Shown here in pieces: positions 37,979 through 48,463 of a DNA stretch of 64,000 bases (position 1 is its first letter; every line of letters starts with the position of its first letter). The DNA lies in the NCBI GenBank assembly GCA_965232155.1, contig OZ246948.1:1016434-1080433 (forward strand). Direction: 5' to 3'. The translations under genes and the position numbers were made by a program. The DNA comes from Thermodesulfobacteriota bacterium. GTDB lineage: Bacteria; Desulfobacterota_D; UBA1144; Nemesobacterales; Nemesobacteraceae. The notes beneath the pieces were generated by a model, which had not been told where the DNA came from, made no database searches, and saw nothing but the letters and a program-made list of their open reading frames with translations.

Positions 37979-38850
37979 GGGTTGTTTCTCAGAAGAGGGA
38001 ATCCCAGGTTTTCTCTGGTCTGCAGATACGAAGTCGCGCACAGGTTCGCAAGCGCTCTTACCCTCGCTATGTACGAGGCCCGCTCGGCCACCCCTATCGC
38101 TCCTCTGGCGTCAAGAAGGTTGAAGGTGTGCGAACTTTTGAGACAGTATTCGTAAGCGGGAAGGGGGAGCTGCTTTTCGATTAGGGACATGCATTCCTGC
38201 TCGTACATGTTAAATAGGTCGCTTAGCATCGCGGGATCGGATTCCTCGAAGTTGTATTTTGAGAACTGGACTTCGCTTTGATGATGAATCTCTCCGTACG
38301 TTATTCCCTTTGTCCATTCAAGATCGTAAACGCTTTCCACTTCCTGCAGGTACATCGCTATTCTCTCGGTTCCGTATGTTATCTCGGCCGATATCGGATC
38401 GAGATCTATTCCGCCGGCCTGCTGAAAATATGTGAACTGCGTTATCTCCATACCGTCGAGCCAGACTTCCCACCCAAGTCCCCACGCTCCGAGCGTCGGG
38501 GATTCCCAGTCGTCCTCAACGAACCGTATGTCGTGCTCAAGCGGGTTTATTCCGAATGACTTTAGGCTGTCGAGGAAAAGTTCCTGAATATCGTCGGGGG
38601 AAGGCTTTATTATCACCTGGAACTGATAGTAGTGCTGAAGCCTGTTGGGATTATCTCCGTATCTTCCGTCGGTCGGTCTCCTCGAAGGTTCTACGTAGGC
38701 CACGTGCCAGGGTTCGGGACCAAGGCACCGCAGGAAAGTAGCCGGATGAAAAGTTCCTGCGCCTTTTTCTATGTCGTAGGGCTGGACTACCAAGCATCCC
38801 TTGGATGACCAGTAATCCTGAAGCGCCAGAATAAGTTCCTGGTAAGTCAT
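37963..38850 (-). CDS. glyQ: Glycine--tRNA ligase alpha subunit
   Basis: [26 protein letters not shown]...[23 protein letters not shown]; overlaps the glyS start by 16 bp. Confidence 0.95.
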   Translation of the reverse strand: MTYQELILALQDYWSSKGCLVVQPYDIEKGAGTFHPATFLRCLGPEPWHVAYVEPSRRPTDGRYGDNPNRLQHYYQFQVIIKPSPDDIQELFLDSLKSFGINPLEHDIRFVEDDWESPTLGAWGLGWEVWLDGMEITQFTYFQQAGGIDLDPISAEITYGTERIAMYLQEVESVYDLEWTKGITYGEIHHQSEVQFSKYNFEESDPAMLSDLFNMYEQECMSLIEKQLPLPAYEYCLKSSHTFNLLDARGAIGVAERASYIARVRALANLCATSYLQTRENLGFPLLRNNPWKKN

Positions 38851-38971
38851 GACCGGTGAAATACTACCATTAAAATAGAAGAATCAAATATGCCGACACG
38901 TTTGTAAGGACTGTACCCGCAGGTAATTTTGATGGTCTGCAGACATGATTGCTATAAAGTTGTTTATGGTT

Positions 38972-40297
38972 TCAGCAAGAAACGGACACACGGCAAGAAG
39001 AGTTGTACGCATCTATGCTCTCCATGGCTCTCTGAGCGATGATTTCCCGCTTTTTTCGTTTCCCCATTTTCCCCTCAATCTTGGGGAAAAGCCCGAAGTT
39101 TATGTTCATCGGCTGAAATCCGGTTTTTCCCGGGGTTGAGATGTACTCAAGCAGTGAACCTGTGGATGTCTCCCTCGGTAAGGGGACAGGCGGGAGTCCG
39201 AGGGCTTTTCTCGAGGCGTTTATTCCGCAGACGATTCCGGTTGCCGCGGACTCGACGTATCCTTCAACTCCCGTGATCTGTCCGGCGAAAAAGACGCTTG
39301 GGCGGGAACTCAGGGAAAGGTCTTTTTCAAGGAGCCTCGGGGAATCTATATACGTGTTTCTGTGCACGCTTCCGTATCTTAGAAACTCAGCCTCCTCAAG
39401 CCCCGGGATCTTTCTGAAAACGGCCCTCTGCTGCGGGTATCTTAGCTTTGTCTGAAATCCCACCATGTTATACATCGTTTCTTCGCTGTTCTCCGTTCTT
39501 AGCTGCAGGACGGCAAAGGGAGTCTTGCCGGTCTTCGGGTCAATCAGGCCGACGGGTTTTAGGGGCCCGAATCGAAGAGTATCTCTTCCCCTCTCGCACA
39601 TGACCTCAACCGGCATACAACTTTGGAAATAAATTGCCTTCTCGAACTCTCTGGTTTCCACTTTTTCTCCACGAATCAGGTCGTCCACAAGCTCGTAGTA
39701 CTGATCCTCGGAGAGCGGACAGTTGAGATAATCTCCCCCTTCAGAGTCTCCGTGGTCATATCTCGACCCTCTGAAGATTTTCGAACGGTCGATTGTATCT
39801 GCGTCGATTATCGGCGAGATAGCGTCATAGAAGTAAAGATATTCCGATTCCGTGAGCGAGGAAACCTCCGCGCAAAGTGCGTCCGAAGTGAGTGGACCGG
39901 TGGCAACGATCACGATTCCCTCTTCGGGCATTTTCGCTACCTCCTCCCTTTTTAGGTCTATAAGTCTGTTATCCTGGATTTTTCGCGTTATGTAATCCGA
40001 GAATATCTCTCTGTCTACCGCGAGAGCTTTTCCGGCAGGAACCCTTGATGCCTCGGCCGCCTCGATCACAAGCGAACCGAGAAGCCTCATTTCCTCTTTA
40101 AGTATTCCGGAGGCGTTCTCCATGGATGCCGATTTAAGAGAATTGCTGCACACAAGCTCCGCGAGATCCGAGGTTCTGTGTGCGGCTGTTTTCCTGCGGG
40201 GTCTCATTTCATAGAGAGTAGCCCTTATTCCGAACTTCGTTATCTGGTTTGCGGCTTCAATTCCGGCTAGTCCTGCGCCGATTACGGTTATTGACAA
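38972..40297 (-). CDS. trmFO: Methylenetetrahydrofolate--tRNA-(uracil54-C5)-methyltransferase
   Basis: SITVIGAGLAGIEAA...LYEMRP...AELVCSNSL; TTG start. Confidence 0.9.
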   Translation of the reverse strand: MSITVIGAGLAGIEAANQITKFGIRATLYEMRPRRKTAAHRTSDLAELVCSNSLKSASMENASGILKEEMRLLGSLVIEAAEASRVPAGKALAVDREIFSDYITRKIQDNRLIDLKREEVAKMPEEGIVIVATGPLTSDALCAEVSSLTESEYLYFYDAISPIIDADTIDRSKIFRGSRYDHGDSEGGDYLNCPLSEDQYYELVDDLIRGEKVETREFEKAIYFQSCMPVEVMCERGRDTLRFGPLKPVGLIDPKTGKTPFAVLQLRTENSEETMYNMVGFQTKLRYPQQRAVFRKIPGLEEAEFLRYGSVHRNTYIDSPRLLEKDLSLSSRPSVFFAGQITGVEGYVESAATGIVCGINASRKALGLPPVPLPRETSTGSLLEYISTPGKTGFQPMNINFGLFPKIEGKMGKRKKREIIAQRAMESIDAYNSSCRVSVSC

Positions 40298-40618
40298 CTG
40301 TTTATACCACGGTCCTTAAGCTTGATTAGCACCTTCGGTTTTCCCATCACCGGAAGCAGGGAGAGAAGCAAGGCGATGAAACATAGAGCGGTAATCTGTG
40401 TACTTCATATTTGATTTCTCGTGTAATTTTCAATCTAGTATTTTAACAGATTGCGGGTCATCATATCTGTCGCGATCCTTTTTGAACGAAGGACGGACAT
40501 AAGATAGAATAACGGTCTGTGGTGTTCAGCAGTATGCGGCGGGCTTGGCGTTTTTGATTGACAGCTTCAACATAGTCGGTTCGAAAATTTTAGAGATACC
40601 ACAATTCAGTGCGGAACT

Positions 40619-41278
40619 ATGAGTTACGGAGCAGTTGTATTTGATCTTGACGGAACCCTGATTGACTCTCTTGAGGATCTTGCCGATGCGGTGAATCAGG
40701 CGCTTGCAATAAGCGGGTTTCCGCCTCGTGCGACAGAGTGTTTCAAGTATTTCATAGGAAAAGGTCCCAAGGTCATGGTGTCCAGGGCCCTTCCCGAAGA
40801 CGGAAGAAACGATGACTCAGTCGTTGAAAAATGCCTTGAGGACTTCAACAGCATCTACAGCCGGGCCTTCAATGTGAAAACCGCGCTTTATGACGGCATC
40901 CCCGATCTTCTGGACGAGATTTCGGACAGGGGCCTTAAAAAGGCGATTCTTACCAACAAGCCGCACGTGTTTACCGAAAAATACGTGGAGGACCTGCTTG
41001 CGGACTGGAATTTCGAGGTGGTCATAGGTCAAAGGGATGAAATTCCCAGAAAACCCGACCCTTCCGGAGCGCTTCGGATATCAAGGGAGCTTGGAATTGA
41101 GTCGTCACGGATGGTTTACCTTGGAGACTCCGGGGTGGACATGCGTACCGCCGTCGGGGCGGGTATGCTTCCGGTGGGGGTTCTCTGGGGGTTTCGAACC
41201 GGAGACGAGCTTCGCGAAAACGGGGCCGAGCACCTTATAGAAACTCCGATGGAACTGCTCTCGATTATTGACTTGTAG
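40619..41278 (+). CDS. HAD-IA family hydrolase (phosphoglycolate-phosphatase-like)
   Basis: AVVFDLDGTLIDS motif I, ...LTNKP..., YLGDSGVDMRTAVGAG motifs III/IV. Confidence 0.75.
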   Translation: MSYGAVVFDLDGTLIDSLEDLADAVNQALAISGFPPRATECFKYFIGKGPKVMVSRALPEDGRNDDSVVEKCLEDFNSIYSRAFNVKTALYDGIPDLLDEISDRGLKKAILTNKPHVFTEKYVEDLLADWNFEVVIGQRDEIPRKPDPSGALRISRELGIESSRMVYLGDSGVDMRTAVGAGMLPVGVLWGFRTGDELRENGAEHLIETPMELLSIIDL

Positions 41279-41288
41279 TTTCCGGCAC

Positions 41289-42443
41289 ATGGCGACAATG
41301 GATTTTGAACAGGTAAAACTGGGGATTCTCGGAGGCGGACAGTTGGGGAAAATGCTTTGCCTCGCGGCAAGCAACTGGAATCTCCGCACCTACGTACTCG
41401 ACCCTTCCCCCGATTGTCCGGCGGCGTCGGTGTGCACCGGATTTACCCACGGAAATTTCAGAAATTACGAGGATGCTTACGAATTTGGCAAGAATGTCGA
41501 CATCCTGACAATAGAGATTGAGCACGTGAACCTGAAGGCGCTTTTCCGACTCCAGGAGCAGGGAGTTGTCATAAGGCCCGAACCCCACGCGCTGGAACTC
41601 ATACAGGACAAGGCGAAGCAGAAGGAGTTTTATGTCTCAAATGGGCTTCCCACAGCAGATTTTTCGGTTTTTCCGGGGAAAGAGGCTATAGTCGCGGCCG
41701 TCGGGTCCGGGGAAATAGAAATTCCTTTCGTCCAGAAACTTTCAAGGACGGGTTATGACGGAAGAGGAGTTTATGTCGTTAGAGAAAAGGAACAGCTCGA
41801 CGATCTTTTAGAAGGAGAATCCGTCATTGAAGACCTGGTCGATGTGGAAAAGGAGATTTCCGTTATAGTTTCGCGTAACGCCGCCGGAGAAACGAAATGT
41901 TTTCCTCCGGTGGAAATGCTGTTTAACAGCCGTGCAAACATAGTTGAATTTCTGATAAGTCCCTGCGAGCTTGATGACGCGCTGTCCGCCCGGGCATGTG
42001 AACTTGCCGAGCGCACGATAAAATCTTTTGACATGTGCGGGATACTCGCGGTTGAGATGTTTGTTTCCAAAAAAGGCGATATTCTAATAAACGAATCCGC
42101 TCCGAGACCGCATAACAGCGGGCATCACACGATTGAGGCCGCCCGCACTTCGCAGTATGAGCAGTGCCTGAGATCGATCCTTGATCTTCCCCCGGGCGAT
42201 ACTGAAATACAAACTCCTTCTGTTATGATTAATATTCTCGGGCAGCCGGGTTTTGAGGGTGAGGCAAGGTACGAGGGACTTCGTGGATGCATGGGCGTTG
42301 AGGGAGCCAGGTTCCACATATACGGCAAGACCACGACCAAGCCCTACAGGAAGATGGGACATGTGACTGTGCTTGACGACGATATTTCAGGCGCACTTGA
42401 GAAGGCGAGATTCATAATGAACAACCTTAGGGCAATAGCATGA
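41289..42443 (+). CDS. purK: N5-carboxyaminoimidazole ribonucleotide synthase
   Basis: [17 protein letters not shown]..., ATP-grasp motifs. Overlaps purE by ATGA. Confidence 0.9.
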   Translation: MATMDFEQVKLGILGGGQLGKMLCLAASNWNLRTYVLDPSPDCPAASVCTGFTHGNFRNYEDAYEFGKNVDILTIEIEHVNLKALFRLQEQGVVIRPEPHALELIQDKAKQKEFYVSNGLPTADFSVFPGKEAIVAAVGSGEIEIPFVQKLSRTGYDGRGVYVVREKEQLDDLLEGESVIEDLVDVEKEISVIVSRNAAGETKCFPPVEMLFNSRANIVEFLISPCELDDALSARACELAERTIKSFDMCGILAVEMFVSKKGDILINESAPRPHNSGHHTIEAARTSQYEQCLRSILDLPPGDTEIQTPSVMINILGQPGFEGEARYEGLRGCMGVEGARFHIYGKTTTKPYRKMGHVTVLDDDISGALEKARFIMNNLRAIA

Positions 42444-42979
42444 AACCTTTAGTAAGCGTTATTATGGGCTCTGACTCGGATCTTCCGGTTATGTCAGAAG
42501 CGGTTGAGGTCTTGGAACAATTCGGCGTAGCACATGAAGTTACCATAGTCTCGGCGCACAGAACTCCGGAACGTCTTGTCGATTTTTCAAAGAAAGCCCA
42601 TAAAAGGGGAATTAAGGTGATAATAGCTGGAGCTGGGGGTGCTGCGCACCTTCCGGGAATGGTGGCCTCTGTTTCTCCCCTTCCGATTATAGGGATTCCG
42701 ATAAAATCCTCAAATTCGATTGATGGATGGGACTCCGTGCTTTCTATCCTGCAGATGCCCTCGGGCGTTCCGGTCGCCACGGTTGCTCTCGGCGGGGCGA
42801 AAAACGCCGGCATCCTTGCCGTTGAGATTCTTTCGGTTGCCGACCCTGAACTTGGGCGCGCGGTGGCTGAGTACAAAAAAAAGCTTTCTTCCGAGGTAAG
42901 GAAAAAGGCCGCGCAGCTTGAAAAACTGGGTGCCTCGGTCTACCTTGAGCGAATGAACTCGAAGACAGAGACCTCCTGA
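42440..42979 (+). CDS. purE: N5-CAIR mutase
   Basis: [14 protein letters not shown]...AHRTPERL...[16 protein letters not shown]. Confidence 0.95.
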   Translation: MKPLVSVIMGSDSDLPVMSEAVEVLEQFGVAHEVTIVSAHRTPERLVDFSKKAHKRGIKVIIAGAGGAAHLPGMVASVSPLPIIGIPIKSSNSIDGWDSVLSILQMPSGVPVATVALGGAKNAGILAVEILSVADPELGRAVAEYKKKLSSEVRKKAAQLEKLGASVYLERMNSKTETS

Positions 42980-42986
42980 AGTTTTC

Positions 42987-43409
42987 CTACTGTATGGTTT
43001 TTTTATCCGGTTCGTAGCCTCGAACGGGGATCGGCGAGGCATGGTGAAATATCATAAGCCACCTGCCGTTTTGCTTCTCGAATATGTTTGTTGACTGAGA
43101 GAGATTAAACATGACCGGGTCCCTTTTTATGTATACCATCTCCTGCAGGCAGGTAACCCAGGCGATGTTCTCGCTTATATCCACGGTCACGTTTGAAATG
43201 CTGATGTCAACCTGATCTTCGGGGTCAAAAACGCTTTCCCAGCTCTGCCTTATTGCTTCCCAGTTGCGAAGAGCTGTCCATCCCGGGTGGACGCAGCCGG
43301 ACCTAGAGTCCTTTATCCAGACCTCTCCCATCAGCTCTAGATTTCTGGTTCCCAAGGCCTCGTAAAAAAGGTTGTTGATCTCGAGTATTTTTTCGCTGTC
43401 CTTTTCCAT
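42987..43409 (-). CDS. NTF2-like (SnoaL/DUF4440-type) domain protein
   Basis: 140 aa; ILEINNLFYEALGTRNLELMGEVW...CVHPGW...FHHAS pattern typical of ketosteroid-isomerase-like folds. Confidence 0.45.
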   Translation of the reverse strand: MEKDSEKILEINNLFYEALGTRNLELMGEVWIKDSRSGCVHPGWTALRNWEAIRQSWESVFDPEDQVDISISNVTVDISENIAWVTCLQEMVYIKRDPVMFNLSQSTNIFEKQNGRWLMIFHHASPIPVRGYEPDKKTIQ

Positions 43410-43436
43410 GGTTATCGGCTTGCTCCTAAATTAATT

Positions 43437-45023
43437 TTACCGGAAAAGGTCTAAAATTCTGCCGAACTGCGAGAATATGTCTTCGCGCATCCTGAAAATG
43501 TCGTTGTACAGGGCTGCCGCCATGATAAAAATGAGAAAGGTAAATCCGATTCGCTGGGTTATCTCGAGGGTTTTTATGCTAAGCGGCTTTCTCTTTATTT
43601 TCTCGATGGCCAGATAAAGCAGGTGCCCTCCGTCGAGCATCGGTATGGGGAGAAGGTTTATCAGCGCGAGGTTTATGCTTATCAGCGAGGTGAACTGTAG
43701 GAGATTTGATATGCCGCTTTGAGCGACGTCCCCCGATACCTTGGCGATGAGAAGCGGTCCCGCGACCGTCTTTCCGGCTGTTGCGAGCGCTATTTTCCCG
43801 GTTACGAGCTTGAACAGAAACCCGAAGAAAAGAACTGTTATCTCAACCGTCATGCGTGCCGCTTCTGCTATTCCCCTTTGAAGCGATTCAAAAAAACCGT
43901 ATTTTTTAAGCACTCTGTCTGTGCTTGGAGTGACGCCGATTATGTAGCGTTCCATGCCTTCTTGCATTTCCGCCGCCAAGCGGAAATTCATCTTTTCTTC
44001 CCCGCGCTCAATCGTGAAATCAAGTTCCTTGCCGCTGCTTTCGGCTATTATGTCCGACATATGGTTCCAGTCCGTAACCTCTACGCCATCTATCGCCTTG
44101 ATCCTGTCTCCCGGACGTATTCCCGCTCTCCATGCGGGGAAGTCCCTAGTTGCCTCCGCTATGGTTGCGTCTATGGGCCTTGCGAATCCGGTCTCTACTC
44201 TGCCATCGGGACCGGCTTCGGCGAAAAGGGTGAGAGTTCTGGTTTCGTTTCCGGTTCTTACTTCGAATTCAAGCAGTGAATCGGGATTTGAGTGAACGGC
44301 AATGTTCACGTCCTTCCAGTTTTTGACTTCTTTTCCGTTTATGCTGAGTATCCTGTCGCCCGCTGCGAATCCTGAGATATGGGCGTGAGAGTCTTTCTTT
44401 ACGTAGGTTATGTCAGGAGGATCTTCCAGATAACCTGAGACGCTTATGCCGAACATGAACACAAGGGGCATGAAAAAGAAGGGAATTATGAAATTCATAG
44501 CGGGACCCGCTATGACCACCAGGAATCTGTCTGTTATAGACTTGCCGGCAAACCCCCTGTGGTAGTCCTTTTCGTAATAAGCCTCTATATCGTGAAGGGC
44601 TGGGTCGCTGACGGTTAGAGTGTGGACTCTCCCATCTCTTTCAACTTCGAATTCTTTTTCCTGGCGGGGGTCTGATTTTAGCGCGTAGAGAAGATTTTCC
44701 CAGCTTGCATACTGCTCAAGACTGAATCCTTTTATCCCGGTAATTCTGTCCCCTGAGGCAAGTGGCGACTCGGTATTCGAAACGCTTTCGACAATTACGT
44801 TATCCTCCTTGCCCTCACCGTACATCTTCACGTATCCGCCGAGGGGAAGGGCCGAAATCAGGTATTCCGTTTCGCCTCTTACAAAAGAAACTAGTTTCGG
44901 GCCGAAACCCAGAGAAAACTTCTCGACTCTGATATTGCTTCTTTTCGCGAGCAGAAAATGCCCCAATTCGTGAAAAAAGACCAGAATTCCTATTACGAAA
45001 ATAAAAGCCAGGATAGTAATCAT
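43437..45023 (-). CDS. rseP: RIP zinc metalloprotease RseP (site-2 protease, M50) with tandem PDZ domains
   Basis: FFHELGHFLLAKRSNIRVEKFSLGFGPKL (HExxH) and LDGG motif near the C-terminus. Start taken at MITILAF (45023), which avoids overlap with dxr; the track start at 45074 is also possible. Confidence 0.85.
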   Translation of the reverse strand: MITILAFIFVIGILVFFHELGHFLLAKRSNIRVEKFSLGFGPKLVSFVRGETEYLISALPLGGYVKMYGEGKEDNVIVESVSNTESPLASGDRITGIKGFSLEQYASWENLLYALKSDPRQEKEFEVERDGRVHTLTVSDPALHDIEAYYEKDYHRGFAGKSITDRFLVVIAGPAMNFIIPFFFMPLVFMFGISVSGYLEDPPDITYVKKDSHAHISGFAAGDRILSINGKEVKNWKDVNIAVHSNPDSLLEFEVRTGNETRTLTLFAEAGPDGRVETGFARPIDATIAEATRDFPAWRAGIRPGDRIKAIDGVEVTDWNHMSDIIAESSGKELDFTIERGEEKMNFRLAAEMQEGMERYIIGVTPSTDRVLKKYGFFESLQRGIAEAARMTVEITVLFFGFLFKLVTGKIALATAGKTVAGPLLIAKVSGDVAQSGISNLLQFTSLISINLALINLLPIPMLDGGHLLYLAIEKIKRKPLSIKTLEITQRIGFTFLIFIMAAALYNDIFRMREDIFSQFGRILDLFR

Positions 45024-45025
45024 CA

Positions 45026-46183
45026 CTAAGAAATAAAGCTCTCCATTATAGAACCGGCGGCGTTCCTCGACCACCTGTCCGCCTCTAATATATTGTCAAG
45101 AGATCCCGAGTCAAGTTTGTCGTGACGTTCGAGAGTCTCCCTGACTATCGGGATTATATCGGTAAATTTTATCCTCTCATCAAGAAACGCGGTTACTGCA
45201 ACTTCGTTCGCGGCGTTTAGCACAGTTGGATAAGTGCCGCCCATCCTGAGACATTCAATTGCCATCGCGGGAGCCTCGAATTTATCTGTGTCGAGCTTTT
45301 CGAACGTGATGTCCGAGAGATCGTCCGGCGAGGTGTCAGGGCGCCCGAGATCGAGTCTTTCGGGATAGGAGAGTGCTTGGGCTATAGGTATTTTCATGTC
45401 AGCGGCGGAAAGATGGGTTATGAACGAGCCATCAACATATTCAAGGATTGAATGCACGATGCTCTGGGGATGTACCCAGATTGATATTTTCTCGGCGGGC
45501 ATGTCAAAAAACCACCTTGCCTCTATGATTTCAAACCCCTTGTTCATCAGCGTCGCCGAATCTATGGTTATTTTTTCTCCCATTTTCCATGTGGGGTGGC
45601 AGAGCGCGTCGGCGACCGTGACTTTCTCCAAGTCTTTTTTGGGGGTTTTGCGAAACGGCCCGCCCGATGCCGTTATGATGATCCGTTTGAGGAATTCGCG
45701 GTCCTTTTCAAGAAGCGTCTGGAAAATGGCGCTGTGCTCGCTGTCCACGGGGAGGAGGGTAACGCCCTGGTTTCTTGCCTCGGAAATAAGGAGTCCTCCG
45801 GCGACCACAAGAGATTCTTTGTTTGCTATGGCAACGTTTTTTCCGGCCTGTATCGCGGACAGTGTGGGCAGAAGCCCCGGGAAACCCACCATGGAGGATA
45901 TAACCAGATCGCAATCGTCTTGCGCGGCAACTGCGATATTACCCTCGTCTCCGTAATGTATCCGTGTTTTCGGACCGGCGACTTCCCGGAGTCGTTCCGA
46001 GTCCTCCTTCCGGGTAACCGATACGATCTTCGGAGCGAATTCCGCTATCTGTTCTGCAAGAAGATCAATGTTTTTCCCCGCACACAGACCCGTTACCTCG
46101 AACCTCTCGGGAAATCTTCGTACTATCTCAAGCGTCTGCGACCCGATTGAGCCGGTTGATCCGAGTATGGAGATCTTCTTCAA
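45026..46183 (-). CDS. dxr: 1-deoxy-D-xylulose-5-phosphate reductoisomerase
   Basis: KKISILGSTGSIGSQTLEIV...LLPVDSEHSAIFQ. Confidence 0.95.
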   Translation of the reverse strand: MKKISILGSTGSIGSQTLEIVRRFPERFEVTGLCAGKNIDLLAEQIAEFAPKIVSVTRKEDSERLREVAGPKTRIHYGDEGNIAVAAQDDCDLVISSMVGFPGLLPTLSAIQAGKNVAIANKESLVVAGGLLISEARNQGVTLLPVDSEHSAIFQTLLEKDREFLKRIIITASGGPFRKTPKKDLEKVTVADALCHPTWKMGEKITIDSATLMNKGFEIIEARWFFDMPAEKISIWVHPQSIVHSILEYVDGSFITHLSAADMKIPIAQALSYPERLDLGRPDTSPDDLSDITFEKLDTDKFEAPAMAIECLRMGGTYPTVLNAANEVAVTAFLDERIKFTDIIPIVRETLERHDKLDSGSLDNILEADRWSRNAAGSIMESFIS

Positions 46184-46184
46184 T

Positions 46185-46925
46185 CTAGCGCCCTTTCTCC
46201 CGTATCTGCTCTCCTGTAAGTCCGAATCTTCTTTCCCTGTTGCGGTAATTGGCGATGGCCTTTAGCAGATGCCTTTTTCTGAAATTCGGCCAGAGGGTCT
46301 TGGTGACGTATATTTCCGCATAGGCCAGTTGCCACAACAGAAAATTCGAAAGTCTCATTTCTCCCCCGGTTCTTATGAGCAGATCCGGTTCCGGCAAGCC
46401 GGAGGTATAGAGGTATTCCTGAAAATCCTTTTCGGAAACCGGTTTTTTCTTTCCCTCCGCGATTATGCTGTTCACGGCGTTGATTATCTCCTCTCTTCCC
46501 CCGTAGCTAAGAGCCAGGGTTACCGTCAGGGAGTCGCATTTTTCGGTCATTTTCATCACGCGCCCGAGAAGTTCACGTATGTCCTGCGGAAGGTTAGAGA
46601 GATTCCCGATCGCGTTCAGCCTGGTGTTCTGCGCAAGCAGCTTCTCGCCTTCATTTGAGAGGTAGTGCCTTAAAATATCCATAAGCGCGAGAACCTCTTC
46701 TCCCGGTCTGTTCCAGTTCTGGGCGGAAAACGCGTAAAGAGTTACATATTTTATCCCGATCTCCCGCGCGGCGCGGACCACCGACCTTGCCGATTTTATT
46801 CCTTCTCTGTGACCGATAAGCCTGTCAAGATTCTTTCGCCGCGCCCATCTTCCGTTGCCGTCCATTATTATGACAACGTGCCTGGGGATAGGACCCAGCG
46901 TGGAAATGTTATGGCTCTTCTGCAT
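46185..46925 (-). CDS. uppS: Undecaprenyl-diphosphate synthase
   Basis: HVVIIMDGNGRWA...TLYAFSAQNWNRP...RTGGEMRLSNFLLWQ. Confidence 0.95.
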   Translation of the reverse strand: MQKSHNISTLGPIPRHVVIIMDGNGRWARRKNLDRLIGHREGIKSARSVVRAAREIGIKYVTLYAFSAQNWNRPGEEVLALMDILRHYLSNEGEKLLAQNTRLNAIGNLSNLPQDIRELLGRVMKMTEKCDSLTVTLALSYGGREEIINAVNSIIAEGKKKPVSEKDFQEYLYTSGLPEPDLLIRTGGEMRLSNFLLWQLAYAEIYVTKTLWPNFRKRHLLKAIANYRNRERRFGLTGEQIREKGR

Positions 46926-46965
46926 TACGAGACCCTGTTTGAGATTTTCGCTGACGCCCGCCGTT

Positions 46966-47202
46966 TCAGATTGCTGCCTGATAGATGTAAGAAACGGGAT
47001 ATGCGATCAGAACGACCGTAGCAATTACCACCAAGGCCACGATCAGGGCGACCGGGCATATGAGAAGTGCCCCCAGGTAGAAAAGGGCTCTTTTCAGCGG
47101 AACCCACTCCCGGGATGCTTCGGGAAGGTCGGAAACGCAGCTTTTGACAAATCCTGATATTATTCCAGTAAAAAGTGTGGACATATAAGTGAACCGATCC
47201 AC
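46966..47202 (-). CDS. Small hypothetical membrane protein
   Basis: 78-aa ORF with one clear TM segment (LGALLICPVALIVALVVIATVVLIAY); it occupies the position where cdsA is usually found. Confidence 0.3.
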   Translation of the reverse strand: MDRFTYMSTLFTGIISGFVKSCVSDLPEASREWVPLKRALFYLGALLICPVALIVALVVIATVVLIAYPVSYIYQAAI

Positions 47203-47310
47203 CGTAAACCTATCTTATTTCCCCTTTTTCATCAAGGGCGAAAACTCTGGTTTACTCGCTTAATCCAAAAAAAATTCCTTTCAGGTAAACTACAGGAAAC
47301 GTAGGTCGCA

Positions 47311-48450
47311 ATGACAAAGCTCCGCTTTTTTTTCATAGTATACGCGTTAATTCCGGCTTCTCTTTTTTCAACCCCAATCCTCGCAAAAGAGGATACGTAC
47401 AGAGGCCTTTCCGACTTCGCAAAGGCCCTGAACCTGATAGAGAAAAACTATGTGGAAGAGGTTTCCTCCGAGCAGCTGACCCAAAGCGCCATAAAGGGCA
47501 TGTTCGATTCCCTTGATCCCTACTCGGTTTACCTTTCATCTGAGAGCCTGAGAAACCTTGAGATAGGAACCAGGGGGGAATTTGAGGGCATAGGAGTCGA
47601 GATTACGGTGCGCGACGGGGTTTTGACCGTTATATCTCCGATTGAAGGGAGTCCCGCGCAGAAAGCCGGCGTGAAATCGGGAGACGTGATCGTCTCCATA
47701 GATGGGGAAAATGCCGAAAAGACCAACATAGTTGACGCTCTTGACCGCATAAGGGGTAGAGAAGGAACTGAAGTTGATATAGTTGTCAAAAGAGACGCAA
47801 CCGAGGAAACCCATAAGTTCACCATCACAAGACGGGTAGTGAAACTTAGAAGCGTCGAGTCCAGGCTGATCGAAAAAAATATAGGTTATATAAAGCTCTC
47901 GCAGTTCCACAGGGATTCTGCGGATGAGTTTCTCAGTTCTTACAGGGTGCTTGAGGAAGAAAACGGCGCGAAGCTCGGAGCGCTTGTGCTTGACCTCAGA
48001 AATAACCCCGGGGGATTGCTTGAACAGGCGCTTGCGCTTAGTGATATGTTCATGGATAAAGGGCTTATTCTGAATGTGAAGGGAAGGTCCGAACTGACTT
48101 CGAAGGAATATTTCGCCAGGGAGGGAATGGAGATACCGACCAGTCACGTTGCCGTAATCGTAAACCGGGGAAGTGCAAGCGCTTCCGAAGTTCTTGCCGG
48201 AGCGCTTAAAGACAGCGGCAGGGCGAAGATAGTTGGCACAAGGACATTCGGCAAGGGTTCAGTTCAGTCCGTAATAGAACTTTCAGGGGAAACGGGAGTA
48301 AAAATAACCACTGCGAGACTTCTTACCCCCAAGGGCATTCTGATAGATGACAAGGGGATAGAGCCTGATATTTTTGTTGAAGGTAGCGATAAGGACGCCC
48401 CCTCGGATCCGCAGCTTGCAAGGGCATTGGAAACCGTAAAGCACATGTGA
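47311..48450 (+). CDS. ctpA: Carboxyl-terminal processing protease (S41)
   Basis: Signal peptide, PDZ domain, NPGGLL...GSASASEVLAGAL catalytic region. Confidence 0.85.
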   Translation: MTKLRFFFIVYALIPASLFSTPILAKEDTYRGLSDFAKALNLIEKNYVEEVSSEQLTQSAIKGMFDSLDPYSVYLSSESLRNLEIGTRGEFEGIGVEITVRDGVLTVISPIEGSPAQKAGVKSGDVIVSIDGENAEKTNIVDALDRIRGREGTEVDIVVKRDATEETHKFTITRRVVKLRSVESRLIEKNIGYIKLSQFHRDSADEFLSSYRVLEEENGAKLGALVLDLRNNPGGLLEQALALSDMFMDKGLILNVKGRSELTSKEYFAREGMEIPTSHVAVIVNRGSASASEVLAGALKDSGRAKIVGTRTFGKGSVQSVIELSGETGVKITTARLLTPKGILIDDKGIEPDIFVEGSDKDAPSDPQLARALETVKHM

Positions 48451-48463
48451 GGAGATAAGGCGC

